Positions 31,424 through 32,000 of a stretch of 32,000 bases of DNA are shown piece by piece (the stretch's first letter is position 1; each line of letters begins with the position of its first letter). The notes below the pieces were generated by a model. It was not told where the DNA came from and did no database searches. It worked only from the letters and a program-made list of their open reading frames with translations. The translations under genes were made by a program, and so were the position numbers. This DNA is from Synechococcus sp. A15-28. Its GTDB lineage: Bacteria > Cyanobacteriota > Cyanobacteriia > PCC-6307 > Cyanobiaceae. Location: positions 60,001 to 92,000 of the forward strand of contig NZ_CP047931.1 in assembly GCF_014280175.1 (NCBI RefSeq), given 5' to 3'.

Positions 31424-31468
31424 TGACAACACTTTGTACTACAATGGTGTGATTGTTGATTGGTTCTA

Positions 31469-32000
31469 ATGGGACTCAAGTTAGCCCTCAAAGCACACAG
31501 CGAGGGAAATCTTAAGCTTGCAGAGATTCATTACAAGCGTGCTCTCGAACAAGGTGACAAATCGCATATTTTATATCAAAATTTTGGCGCTTTGTTGAGG
31601 AGTCAAGACAAATTAAAGGATGCTCTTCAATGCTATCGCACTGGCCTTCATCATTTTCCTGATAATGTTGACATATTGCTAAATTACGCAAATGCCTTAC
31701 GTGCAGACTTTCCTGCTTCCGCTCTTGAAAACTACTTAAGAATCCTTGGAATAATACTTTCAACTCCTAATTTTAATGAGAAAAAGTATTTAAATGCTCT
31801 TTGTAATATTTGTCAACTTACTCATGATTTAGGTCTTTACAAACTAAATGTTCTGTATCTACGGGCGGCCCTTCCTCCCGTTAAATATAATGCGGGAATA
31901 CTACTAAACATATTACTCCTTCTTGATAAGAATAACAGTTCACAGGATACAAGCTTTTGCTTTGAACAAATATATCAAAGGATACAATCTTCTCTGCTTT
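31469..32000 (+). CDS. TPR-repeat protein, truncated by window end
   Basis: Frame MGLKLALKAHSEGNLKLAEIHYKRALEQGDKSHILYQNFGALLRSQDKLKDALQCYRTGLHHFPDNVDILLNYANAL... stays open to 32000; TPR-like helical repeats. Confidence 0.75.
   Translation, partial: MGLKLALKAHSEGNLKLAEIHYKRALEQGDKSHILYQNFGALLRSQDKLKDALQCYRTGLHHFPDNVDILLNYANALRADFPASALENYLRILGIILSTPNFNEKKYLNALCNICQLTHDLGLYKLNVLYLRAALPPVKYNAGILLNILLLLDKNNSSQDTSFCFEQIYQRIQSSLL

Noticed and set aside
22977-32000. Integrated phage or transposon remnants
   Set aside because: No integrase, transposase, terminase or terminal inverted repeats were recognised in the AT-rich segment within this window.

Overview
The first ~23 kb is ordinary, densely packed, high-GC marine picocyanobacterial (Synechococcus-like) core sequence: clpX-clpP-tig, asd-dapA-rnj, a TPR-like ORF, lysC, holA, cobH/cbiC-like, tilS, ycf23-like, a sulfotransferase, psbZ, ribH, mutS, a GNAT protein and uvrB. 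It is followed by a small glycosyltransferase/sulfotransferase cluster and a tRNA-Gly(GCC) at 22977..23048. Immediately 3' of the tRNA the sequence turns visibly AT-rich, which looks like an island boundary. The AT-rich segment encodes an overlapping three-gene export operon: an HlyD-like adaptor, a PpiC-like prolyl isomerase without a signal peptide, and a large ABC exporter with degenerate N-terminal regulatory and C39-like domains. Facing it convergently is a 471-aa glycine/aspartate-rich RTX-like protein with dispersed GGxGxD motifs. Between them lies the most unusual structure in the window: about three tandem ~173-bp units, each carrying an intrinsic-terminator-like hairpin (for the minus strand) and a copy of the last codons plus stop of the RTX-like gene. 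The hairpin of the most distal unit is inverted relative to the gene-proximal one. A GT4-like glycosyltransferase and a truncated TPR protein follow. The working hypothesis is a genomic-island type I secretion module with a dedicated cytosolic isomerase, a cognate surface protein, possible glycosylation genes, and a tandemly duplicated 3'-end/terminator array. No searches could be run, so family assignments come from recognised sequence motifs.
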